Source: Guillardia theta CCMP2712 | Taxonomy: Eukaryota > Protista > Cryptophyta | Reading direction: 5' to 3' | DNA: 64,000 nt | Assembly: GCF_000315625.1 (NCBI RefSeq) | Contig: NW_005434582.1 | Span: 235,824 to 299,823 of the forward strand | Shown here: piece by piece, positions 42,365 to 53,182 of the stretch | Position numbering within the stretch: the first letter of the stretch is position 1 | How the letters are laid out: every line of letters starts with the position of its first letter | Made by a program: the position numbers and the translations under genes | The notes under the pieces: model-generated | Seen by the model: only the letters and a program-made list of their open reading frames with translations | Told to the model about the DNA's origin: nothing | The model's database searches: none

Positions 42365-45329
42365 ATGGCGGCGATCGTGTTGAACCGACATCGGAATGCA
42401 ACAGCGAGGAGGGAGGATGACGATCTCATCAATCCTCTCCCTCCCAAGTCAGATCGGTTGTTTGAGGTCATCGCGGAGAAAGAGGTTTCATACGGGTGAG
42501 TGGGAAAGAGGAGGAGGAGGAGGAGAGGGAGGATGTGAGAAGGAGATGAAGAGGGGTGACAGTGACGAGCTTTCTGCACAGGGGCAATCCTGTTTGGCGA
42601 GAGGTTCTGTGCGTGGGAACGGCGGAGCTCCTGATCCTCGCGAGGCCGCACGGGGAGCATGAGATTGATCGGATTCCTTTACATGAGATCGCAGACGTGG
42701 TAAGCAACTCAAAGGACAAGGGGGAGATCAAGGCAGGAGAACGGCCGGTGCTCTCCTCCCTCACTTCCTTGCGCACCAACAACTTGCAAGAGCTGGAGTT
42801 GGCTCAGGGAGAGGGCGGGCAGATGCGAGAGAAGTCCGCGATGCTGGATATCAAGACTGTGCCCGAGGGATACAACTCGGGGAGAAAGGTGAGAGGAGGA
42901 AACGTTGCTTGGAGAAAGGCGAGGAGGAGAAAAAGGACAAGGACAAGGACAAGGACAAGGACAAGGACAAGGACAAGGACGAGGACGAGGACGAGGACGA
43001 GGAGAAGGGAGAAGGAGGAGGAGGAGGAGGAGGAGGAGGAGGAGGAAGGGGTGGGGAGGAGGAGGAGTGTAACAGTTTTCTCAGTATCGCTTCCGAATGG
43101 AGGATGAGATCAAGTGCCAGCAGCTCGTGCAGAAATTGAAGGGAGTAGTGAGCAAGGCCAAGGAGTTAGAGGAGAGGAGAGGGAGGACCTGGTGGCATCA
43201 GAAGGTCAAGACAGGAGCGAAGAGGCTGGCGAACAACAAGACGTTCCAGCTGCTCTTCGCTTTCGTCATCCTCCTCAGCTTCATCCTCGCCGTCGCTGCC
43301 GCTGAGCTCAACCCGGAGCCCGGCAGCATCCTTAACATCTTCTTCACCGCCATGGACCTCGTCTTCACAGTCCTCTTCACCGCCGAGCTCCTCGTCTCCC
43401 TCGCCGCCTTCCTCTTCTCCGAATTCTTCCAAGACCCCTGGCACGTCTTCGACCTCCTCGTCGTTATTGGCAGCTGGTTCGGCACCTTCGCTGACAGCGT
43501 CCCTGCTCTCTATCCCCTCCGCATCATCCGCATCCTCAGGGCCGTCAAGGTACTCAAGTCCTTCCGCTCCCTCCGCGCCATCGTAGAAGCCACCATCGCC
43601 TCCACCATCCCAGTTGCCAACAGCTTCCTCCTCCTAGGACTCGTCACCTGCATCTACGGTGGTCCCTCCTTCTCCTCCCTCCCTCCCTCCCTCCCTCCCT
43701 CCCTCCCTCGCCATTGGCTGCCTGACCTGAGCATATTCAGCTACGCTAGCGGTGAATCTCTTCGGCCCTGTTGACGACCAGCACTTCGGCAAGTTCTCAT
43801 CTGCCCTTTTCACCATGTTCCAGGTAGTCGCCGACCTCCTCCTCCTCCTCCTCCTCCTCCTCCTACACCTCTTACACCTCTTGCATATCCTCCTCTCCTC
43901 GTTCTCCTTGCCTCCTGCTCCTCCTCCTGCATATCCCGCTGCCTCTCCTGCCACTTTTCTCATCCTCATGGCTCGCTTCTCCCAGGTCTGCACGGGAGAC
44001 TCTTGGGCTGAATCCATCGCTCGTCCTCTCCTTTCGCACCAGCGCGCGGTCGTCGCTGTTTTCTTCGTCTCCTACATCGTTCTCTCGAGTATTGTCCTCA
44101 TCAACATCGTCGTAGCCGTCCTCCTCGACGAATTTCTCACCACCATGACAAACGTCAGTCCCCGCGAATTCTTTCCCTCCTGATCCTCTTCCTTCTCCTT
44201 CTCCTCCTTCTCTTCCTTCTCCTACTCCTCCTTGTCCTCCTCCTTGTCCTCCTCCTTGTCCTCTTTTCCTTCTCTTCCACCTCCTCCCCTCCCTATCTCA
44301 CCTTCTCTCCCTCTCCTCCCCCCTTCCTTCTCTCTTCTCTCTCCTCGTCGACTTCCCTTCCCTCGCAACCTCCCCAATTTCGCGTGACGCCTGCGGCAGG
44401 TACGGGAGGCCGATGCCAGGAAGGAGGCCGAGCATTCTCCTCTCTACGAGACTCACTTCCTCGATCCTCTTTGCGAGTTTCTGTCTGACTTTCGTTCCTC
44501 CGAGCACCTTCGCTCCATCATCGCCGCCCTCTACAACCGCCTGGACCGCGACATGTCAGGCGCCATCACCTTCAAGGAGATGCAGGATGGTCTCGCCCTC
44601 CTCCTCCGCGGCCTCTACTTCACGCAAGAGGACTGGGAGGAGCTGACGAGGCGGCACGGGAAGGAGGAGGAGGAGGAGATCAACCTGCAGGAGTTCGAGA
44701 GCCTCATGCTCGAGCAGCTCGAGCTCTTCGCCCTCCGCAACCTCAACCGCGCGCAGCTCAACAGCGAGAGCTACAAGCAGGCGACCCTCTCCGTCCTCAA
44801 GTGGATCCTCGCAAGAGACAAGATCGCCCCTGCTCCTCCTTCCTCCTCCTGCCCCACTCCCGACGTCCTCCACCTCCTGCAGGACATCTCTAGTCGGATG
44901 GAGCGCATGGAAGCAGCTCTAGGGATCGCCGGGGGGAGGAGGGAAGAGAAGATCAAGGAGAACGGTGAGAGCAGAAGGTTTGAGAACAGGCGAAGTTCCA
45001 CCGGCGAGGAGGCGAGGAAGGAAGAGAAGCTGAAAGTGACTCCCCACAGCTCTCCTCCAGCAGCTCCTCCAGCAACACGTCTATCCGATCGAGCAAGAGA
45101 AGAGAAACAACGTCAAGCGCAGCAAAGGATTGAAGCAGCTCCTCTGCTCCTGTCCAATAGCAGAAGCATCGAATTGTCTACTATCCAGTTACAAGGTGGA
45201 GGCAGAGGAGGAGGAGGAGGAGGAGGAGGAGGAGGAGGAGCAGGAGCAGGAGGAGCAGGAGGTGATGGTGGAGCAGGAGGAGGTGAGAGGGCGGGTCAGC
45301 GATGGCAAGACAGACATTTCGATGTGTAA
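42365..45329 (+). CDS. Single-domain (6TM) voltage-gated cation channel with N-terminal PH-like region and C-terminal EF hand
   Basis: S1-S3 (FQLLFAFVILLS, DLVFTVLFTAELLV, DPWHVFDLLVV), S4 LRIIRILRAVKVLKSFR, pore FGKFSSALFTMFQ|VCTGDSW, S6 VLINIVVAVLLDEF, EF loop DRDMSGAITFKE. PH-like N-terminus (EIDRIPLHEI..GYNSGRK|YRF) is inference; the 3' end is uncertain. Confidence 0.85.
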
Positions 45330-45470
45330 GAGTGTCAGGCATACTCAAGTCGCACGCAGAAAGCGATTGGCAGTGATGATATTGTGGAAAATACAGGGGA
45401 ACACAAACTCAGTCTTCTCCTTCCTCCTCCTTCTTCCTGAGCTTGCGAGATAAGCTGGCTGGTTGAGAGC

Positions 45471-46610
45471 TTATGCGTTCTTTGCAGCCTTACGATCCGC
45501 CCTACGCGTTCAACAATCAGACCACGTCCTGAACCACCACAACCACCACCACCACCACCTCCTCCTCCTCCCTTTTCATCGCACCTGTTAGTAGCATGGA
45601 AGCCTTTCTCCACGTTCTGCACAGACATTCTCGCCTGCTCACTCGTCAGTCTCCCGCTCTCCTCCTCCTGCATCTGATGCCCCTCTCCATCCCTTCCCTT
45701 CTGCCTCCTCCTCCTCCCCCTCTTACCCCACAGCGGTTGCACTCGAGGAACGTCAGACGTGTCATGCTGTCCTTCACGAGCCTGCCATAAATGTCACTTT
45801 AATCCCTCCCCACCTCCTCGCTCTCTTCTCTCTTACTGGGAGTCGTAGTTCTTGCACATCTGGCACTGCACGTAGGCAAGCATGTACTTCCTGACTACCG
45901 ACTCGATCTGCTTGGGCGTGAAGCGACCCTTGAAGGTCAGCTTGCCTTCGGGGTCAAGCGAGCAGGGCACGCCCAACTCAGCGTTGAAGTAGGACATGAC
46001 ATGCTCCATGGTCCTGTGCATCTTCTTTGCCATCTCCTTGAAGTTGACAAATACAGTCTTCTTCGAGCCTTCACGAGCCACCTGAACACGCCCCGTCATC
46101 TGCCCATCTCCCTCCCCTCCTATCCCTCTTTCAAGCTCCCCTCCCCGTCTGCGTCTCCTCCCTCCCTCCCTCCCTCCCTCCCTCCCTCCCTCCCTCCCTC
46201 CTCTGCGCTATTCTTCATACCTGAGGAGGGATCATGGTGAATTTCTTTCCGCCCATCAGCTCGGGGTTCTTCTCTGAGATGGCGTCGTACACTCGCTGAA
46301 GGATCTCGGCATAGGGGTAGATGTCGTTGGGGCCCTTGTCCTTGGGGTCCGAGACTGACCCACGGGTTCAGACAGGTAAACAGAACCACGGGAGGTAGGA
46401 AAAGATGAAGAGGAGGGAGGGAGGGAGGGAGGGAGGGAGGGAGGGAGTGGGGGAGGGAGGGAGGGGAGGGAGGGAGGGAGGGAGGATGCAGTGTTTTCCC
46501 CACCAGCGCCACTCTTCGCTCCATCTTCCTCATCATCCTTAGGCTTCTTGGTCTTCTTCTTCTTCTTGTCCATGCCGAGGTCGAGATCCTCCACGTCATC
46601 GGTTACCTGC
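45471..46610 (-). CDS. EIF2S2: Translation initiation factor eIF2 beta subunit (5' end lost in a gap)
   Basis: K-box DKKKKKTKK, YPYAEILQRVY, PPQ|VAREGSKKTVFVNF, GRFTPKQIESVVRKY, zinc ribbon CQMC..CNRC; stop 45471-45473. Confidence 0.93.
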
Positions 46611-46772
46611 AGCCACCAAATTCAAAATCTTGCAGCAGGAGTTGCCTTGCTCTCCTAGCAGCGCTACCCACNNNNNNNNNNNNNNNNNNNNNNNNNNNNN
46701 NNNNNNNNNNNNNNNNNNNNNNNNNNNNNNNNNNNNNNNNNNNNNNNNNNNNNNNNNNNNNNNNNNNNNNNT

Positions 46773-47310
46773 ATTCCCCTTCGTCGCTGATATGGATCTT
46801 TGTATCATTTTGGAGTCTTCTCTTGCTGCTTTACCTGCATCAATCTTGATGATTCATGAATGATGGAATTTTGCAGCTCATGGACTACGATCTGAGGCAT
46901 TTCTTGCGCAATCAAGGCAAAGATGCCAACCTGATCAAACGACTTGATATAGCTCTCGGAGCCATGAATGGCCTTCTGTACTTACATTCCCAGGTAACTG
47001 ATATGGTCACTGTGAATATGCTGTCATTGAAACATGTCGGCGGCAGAACCCTCCAGTAGTACACAGAGATGTCAAACCAGAAAATCTTCTGTTGTGTCAG
47101 GACGATGAGATCGTCAAGGTACGTAGTCAAGATGTGGTCGGCGCTCAACTCATTGTGGTCGCTGATTCTTCTTGTGCTTCCTCAGGTTTGCGACTTTGGT
47201 TTGGCAAGGGACAAGCAAGGAGCGTATCTTCAGACAATTCACCAAGGGGGGACCTTGAATTACATCGCTCCCGAGGTCCATAGAGGAGCGGATGTAGACG
47301 AGAGGTGCGA
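46773..47310 (+). pseudogene. TKL-like protein kinase fragment (subdomains about V-VIII)
   Basis: CIILE|LMDYDL..RLDIALGAMNGLLYLHSQ|NPPVVHRDVKPENLLL..VK|VCDFGLAR..GTLNYIAPEV. No downstream subdomains IX-XI found; the first splice donor appears defective. Confidence 0.6.
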
Positions 47311-47702
47311 CTGTGCCATGCCGTCGGCCCGTCGTTACACCTCTCCCTCTCCCTATCCCTCTCCCTCTCCCGCTCCTCCTCTCGTCACCCTCTACCGTCC
47401 TGTTGCTGCTGCTTCTCTTGATTCTGCCTCCGATCCTCTTGATGGTGATGATAGTGCATCTCCTCCTCCTCCTCCTCTTCACCTGATCCACTTCGTCTTC
47501 TGCCATGGTTGCGCTCGTGTCACCTATGCTACCACCCACCCAGAGTGACTCATGAAATTTGATTACCCCCACCCCTTATTTTGCTCTTTGTCCTGGGAAT
47601 AGAACCCCCCATTGTTACGCAGACCCTACCTGGTACCCACCCCATCTAAATCGAGATGAAATCGCAATCCCTGAATCATCCAAACAGCGATGGCGAGGTA
47701 GC

Positions 47703-47930
47703 GAGAGGGAGGGAGGGAGAGAGGGAGGGAGAGAGGGAGGGAGGGAGCGAGGGAGGGAGGGAGAGAGGGAGCGAGGGAGCGAGGGAGCGAGGGAGCGAGG
47801 GAGCGAGGGAGCGAGGGAGCGAGCGAGGGAGCGAGCGAGGGAGGGAGGGAGCGAGGGAGGGAGGGAGCGAGGGAGCGAGCGAGCGAGGGGGAGCGAAGAG
47901 AGCGAGCGAGCGAGGGGGAGCGAAGAGAGC
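47703..47930. repeat. (GAGGGAGC)n-type purine-rich satellite; similar (GGGGA)n at 35870-36105
   Basis: Visible tandem repeats. Confidence 0.9.
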
Positions 47931-48940
47931 GAGAGGAAGAGAGAAAGAGAGGCACAGAGGAGGGAGGGGAGAGTCAGGACTTGAAATGTGTGTCCATTGA
48001 ATTCATTCAAACGAGGGAGATGCTGAGGAGGAGGGAACTTGAGTCCAGAAAGAACAGCAGGTGCAGACAAGCTGATCAAGATCGGTGTGCAGAAGAAAGG
48101 AGGAGAACTATCGAGACAGTAGGACCGAACGTTGAGTGACAGCAGGAGTACATCATGTTTTTGTTCACATGAATGATGAGGAGGAGGACGAGAGTCAGCC
48201 TGTTTGCGGGAAGGTTTTGTTGGCGCGAAAGAGAATGGAGGAGTGATGGTTGCTGAGCTGGAAACTGAGCAGATAGTTGATGATTGTGAAGAGATGTTCA
48301 TGTAGGAGGCGATGATAGGAAGGATGTGGTGACATGAAGAGCATGTATGAGTCCACTGCTGGACACGCTTACATGGCCATCTGCAAGGAAAGGTTGCTCA
48401 AATACTTCATTAGCAAGATAGCCTGCTTCACTTTGACTAAGGCAGCAAGATCATTTAGCGTCATCAGTAGCTTGAGTCGTGAGCTTCAATGTCACTGTGC
48501 TGTTCTTGCCGCCTTCATGTCGGGTCCGCTCCTTGCGCGAGAGATGGAAGTCGAGACTCGCGCTGATGGTCTCGTAGCTCGGTGAGTTCACCAGCATGCC
48601 GCCATAGCAGCGAACCATGTTTCTCATGTCCTGCGGAGGAATGTTGCCGAGGACGAGGACTGGAACAAGTGTAAGCAGGAACAAGAATCGTGTTCTGAGG
48701 GCGAAGGAAATTGCTCGAAATCTTTGCAATCGAAACTGAGAAGAAGCAAAGAAGTTTCGACAGGTAATGACGTTAAGAAGAGACTTGAGGCAAGATGTCT
48801 CTACACAAGAATAGGAAGAATCCATGATAGTAGGAGATTGCTGATCGCGACAGTTCTGCACATCGACAGAGCACGATGAAGAGGCGTTAGCCAAGAAAGT
48901 CGATGCCAAAGACAAGATGGAGGGAGGAAGCTGTGGGGAA

Positions 48941-48993
<53 letters not shown>

Positions 48994-49536
48994 AGTCGCG
49001 CTGCCGTCTGTCTCGCAATAGTTATACCCTCTTGGGGTGGTGCGGATTAAGAGGGGGTAGTGGACCTTGTTTTGAAGATTGTATCGTCAAGCTGTGGGGT
49101 ACAAATCAGTCTTTTACGGGGTAGGGGTACAACTTTACATGGTGCTGCTGAGTATATGGGTGGGGTAGGTCCCCTCGGGGACCCTCTAAACATCCCAACA
49201 AGATGACGGGGAGACGGAGATGTTGGGAGGAGGGGGAAGAGAGAGATAGGTCAGCATGCTGCACGTTGTGGCGATCCTGTGACTGACAAGCTCTTGACTG
49301 CAAGAGGTTTTCACGAGCAGACAAGGTGATGGGTTGAAGAGAGCACAAGCAAGAGTGGTCAGTGAGATACAAAGATACAAAATGGGGTGGAGCAGCAGGA
49401 GGAATATTGCGATTCACCATGCTATCAGATACACGGAAAGATGTAGATGATAAAATCAGACACTTTTTATTTCGATTTACACTAATGTCTTTCTCCTCTC
49501 AACCAACATATTCACAATCTTATCTTTCAATTAACT

Positions 49537-50274
49537 TCACGAATCTCCAACCGGCATACTGGCTTGACTGCTGGACTTCTTGAGCTCTTCCAGCTCGTGT
49601 TTTAGTTGAGCATTCTCCTGAAGAAGCATGTCTGAGTAATGCTGAGCTGCAGCCTTCGCCTGTCGCAGCTCGAACGCTAAATCTGCATTGTTGTCCTTGA
49701 ATTCCTCCTTCTCTTCTTCCACCACCTGAATGTAAGCCATGGACGCTCTTTTGGCTTGCTCGAGATCAAAGCGAAGGTCTTGCACCATGTCTTGGTACTC
49801 CTGGATCTTCTCCCTGAGGTCTTCGACGGAATCGTCATTCTCATCTCCTCTTTTCGTCGTCTCTTCTTCTTTGTTTGGAATTTTCACAGCCTTTGTAGAC
49901 CCCGTCGCGCAAGCTTCTATGCTGTACTTGCGGAAGGGGCCTTGTTCCTCTTGCACCTTCCGTTCGATCTTAGGGTAGACAGATAACCAGTTCGACGTGT
50001 TGATTGCGATGCTCACGTGAAGGTGGTTCATGATGACACAATTCTGTAGGATCTTGAAGTTGCCTGGAGGTAGTCCCGTCTCGCTGGCTAGGATGCTGCA
50101 GATCTCATTGCAATCTTTGTCGGAGATCTCCTTTGCTTCCGCAGAAGAAATCAGAGTGATAATGTGGAGGCTTTCCAGGGGATCCCCTGCAATGATGGTT
50201 TCTCCCTTGACCTGACCCTTCCATGTCGGGTCATTGGTACGAGTGGTATCGGCTGAAGATGCTCCGCAGCCCAT
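49537..50274 (-). CDS. Putative N-myristoylated/palmitoylated coiled-coil protein
   Basis: 245-aa ORF starting MGCGASS; heptad-rich C-half with repeated DLxFxLxQAK. Confidence 0.75.
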   Translation of the reverse strand: MGCGASSADTTRTNDPTWKGQVKGETIIAGDPLESLHIITLISSAEAKEISDKDCNEICSILASETGLPPGNFKILQNCVIMNHLHVSIAINTSNWLSVYPKIERKVQEEQGPFRKYSIEACATGSTKAVKIPNKEEETTKRGDENDDSVEDLREKIQEYQDMVQDLRFDLEQAKRASMAYIQVVEEEKEEFKDNNADLAFELRQAKAAAQHYSDMLLQENAQLKHELEELKKSSSQASMPVGDS

Positions 50275-51540
50275 GATGATTGCCTGGTATGGCCCTTGAG
50301 ACTATCAGACGCGAAAAAGTGTTCGTTAGGGATTTGTTTCCAACCTCGAAAAGATCCTGCACAACACGTTAAAACAAAAGATGAACTCAACAGGCGGACA
50401 ATTCGATGCACTACACCTTCGCACTATGCACAAACTATGTACAAAACCAGGAAACAAGGAAACGAATCCAGAACTGAGCAAGCGCTGTGCATCTGACTAC
50501 TCGATCCTTGACGTATAGAAAATTTTCAATCTCCCACCTGCTTGGCTAAGGAGACACAAGACAGAATCGCATTCAAAGGGGCCGAATATTCGGACAAAGC
50601 TCAAATCTATCGAGAAACAGCTATGTTATGAGATCTCAGAGTGAAGCAAGGAGTGAGACGGCTTGCAAGAATCACCGAGATAAAAATGGGGTTTGAAGGG
50701 AAGAGCAACAGAGACGAGGGGACGGAACAGGAAGCAGGCAGATCATAGGAGGAGAGAGAGAGCAGAGAGAGAGAGAGAGAGAGAGCTGAGGCGAAGAGGG
50801 CGGGAAGCAGAGCAGGATGCGGGAGTGGAGAGTCGAAGAGGACGAGGTGATTGGGAGGGGGGAGGGAAACGAAAAGGAGGGCACATCCGATCAATTTCAT
50901 CGTGGAGCAATTGTTGAGGTAATTTCAAGATAGAAATGAAAAATAATATATATAAAATTGAACTATTGATCACAAAACTTGAAATTGAAAACTATTCTGG
51001 CACCCCCTTCGATATTGCTTTCTGCCCCTTGCCTTGCTGAGGAGTTAAAAGCCCCAGATGACCCCTCCAAAACCTCTGACCTCCACCCCTCCATCTTTTT
51101 TATTTCCACATTGTACCCCTGTCTACCTATAGCCTCATCTAATACACCCCACCCACTAAAAATGGCTCCTGGGTACCCCCACCCATATAAGTATCCTGAT
51201 TGCACGAAAGCGATAAAGGTCCGAAACCCACCCCTACCCCCCATTTCCCATGTCATCACCCCTGACCCCAGCGCCTATCAATTCTACATTTTACTCAAGT
51301 GCACCCTGGTTGATGAGTAACGTAACGTAACGGTCCTCTCGCTGTAACCGCCGGTCTCTCCGGGCCGGAGGCCCTCGGCCCGGCGGGCATATTTCAAGTC
51401 AGTCACGACTCGTGAGCCGGGGGTCTGAACCTCTAGTTTCCGAGTCAAGGCTCTCTCTCTCTCTCTCTCTCTCTCCTTTCTCTCAAAGTTTCTCCTTAGT
51501 TTCTCATCTCTCTCTGAGTCTCTTTCCTTTCTCTCCTCAT

Positions 51541-52393
51541 TGTCACACCTCGAAGATTCTCGAGTGGACCTTCAAGCGCAGTTCAATAAGAACTCACGTT
51601 GGATTTCTCTACTAAGAGGGAAAGCGGTGAAACAGAAGGAGATCTAACTCTCTTTTATTTCTTTCACACACACACACAAAACAAGACAAGACGATACACA
51701 CAAAGACGTCTCAACAATCGTGACACACACACGAAAGGGGAAGAGGACCACCTAGCTCTGACGAATTTCATCCTTTTATAGCTTCGAGGAATGAGCCAGG
51801 GGTGCCGTCTCTTGGCTACAGAAAGGAGGGGTGTCCTGTTCTTGGAAGTTGACAAGCATCCCTTCTGACCTTCGAGAGGATACCATGCTCTCTCGCAGGG
51901 AAGAGAACCCCGTCCTTGCATGGTAGCAAGCTGCTTCCAACGGGTCGTACTCCACAAGACGCACCCCTTCTGTTCACCTTGTAAGCCCCCCACGGGTACA
52001 CGGTTCAGTGCTGCAACAAAGGCCTCCACAGGGGTCCTTTCAGCAGCTTCACACTGGAGTAGAGTATCCTGGGTCATCCAGGAGAAGTCAGCTTCGAACA
52101 CGAGTACGAGACAGCCAACTGTCCTTTCATCCTGATAGGCCTTTGTCTGACTCGGGCTCGGTTCCTATGAGCTCTGACACGCTCTTCTCTGCGCTTTCTT
52201 GGAGTGCTCAGGACTCAGAAAACTTCGCCTTCCGGCGGGCCAAGTTCCACGGTGGCTTACCTCACTGGCACGGTCGGCTGGCAGTTACCTTTCCGATAGT
52301 ATTCCCTTACTGGTAGCAAGCTGCTTCCAACGGGTCGTACTCCACAAGACGCACCCCTTCTGTTTACCTTGTAAGCCCCCCACGGGTACACGG
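51541..52393 (-). mobile_element. Probable solo or truncated LTR of an LTR retrotransposon
   Basis: On the minus strand: 83-bp direct repeat (52311-52393 and 51921-52003), TATAAAAGG (51772-51780), AATAAA (51654-51659) and terminal ...GTGTGACA at 51541, i.e. U3-R-U5 order. No 5' end or target-site duplication established. Confidence 0.5.
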
Positions 52394-53115
52394 CATCCGA
52401 TCATCCGGGGCCTGCCCCCGGGCCCGGGCCCGGGGACAGTGCCAGGTATGATGAATAATTGTCTGCCACTGACAGTGGCATTGTCTGTCGGACAGTGGCC
52501 TCCCAGTGTTGCACACTGGGAGGCCATGCCACCTGGCCTCCCAGTGTGCAACAAAACAGCCTGAGACTCTGTGACTGGACTCCCGGCCGGGAGTTGATCA
52601 GTAGTACCGTACATGCCGTGTTCCGAGCAAGAAGTAAAGTCTTAGGTGACCCGTTGTCTTGGGGTGGAGACATTCAAGGTTTAGGTGGGTACATGATGGG
52701 AAAAACTGAGACCGGGTAGTGTTGAGAGCATTCGGAAATACTTTCAGACAAGTTTCAAACTACCGCGAAAATCAAGACCCACAAACTATTTTCATCCCGC
52801 CAAAACCAAGTAAAGGCTACCTGTCATGCCCGGAGTTGCATCAACGGCCCTACCTAGACTCAATAATCGGCTCGCAACTGAGTCCGGTAGTACTTGACGG
52901 ACTTCAGCATGTGACATGTTTTTGACAATAATGGCCGGCCCGGATACTAGGTGACCGGACCTGGCGGCTCGGAGCCTCAGGGGGCGGCACACTGCAAGCA
53001 CTGCGGCGGCAGCAGAGAGGAAGATCCGATGATCCGAGGCCCGGCTCGGCCCGAGCGTCTGAGGACTCGGAGGCTGCTCAGTGCCCGGACTAGGACGCGA
53101 GCTTGAGGCCATGCG
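52394..53115. other. Palindromic/fold-back tract flanking the LTR relic (short matching tract at 51317-51430)
   Basis: CCCGGGCCCGGGCCCGGG; hairpins at 52464-52480 and 52496-52526; GACTC/CCGG words; an AT-richer segment at about 52620-52925. Confidence 0.65.
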
Positions 53116-53182
53116 GTGTCGTCTCGAAGCGACAGTCGTCCGGGTCGAGCACCTGCGGCATGCTCGTTAGCTCGGCACTAAG

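Noticed and set aside
48000-48950. Possible additional plus-strand gene
   Set aside because: Some GT-AG-bounded blocks, but I could not assemble a coherent frame or family.
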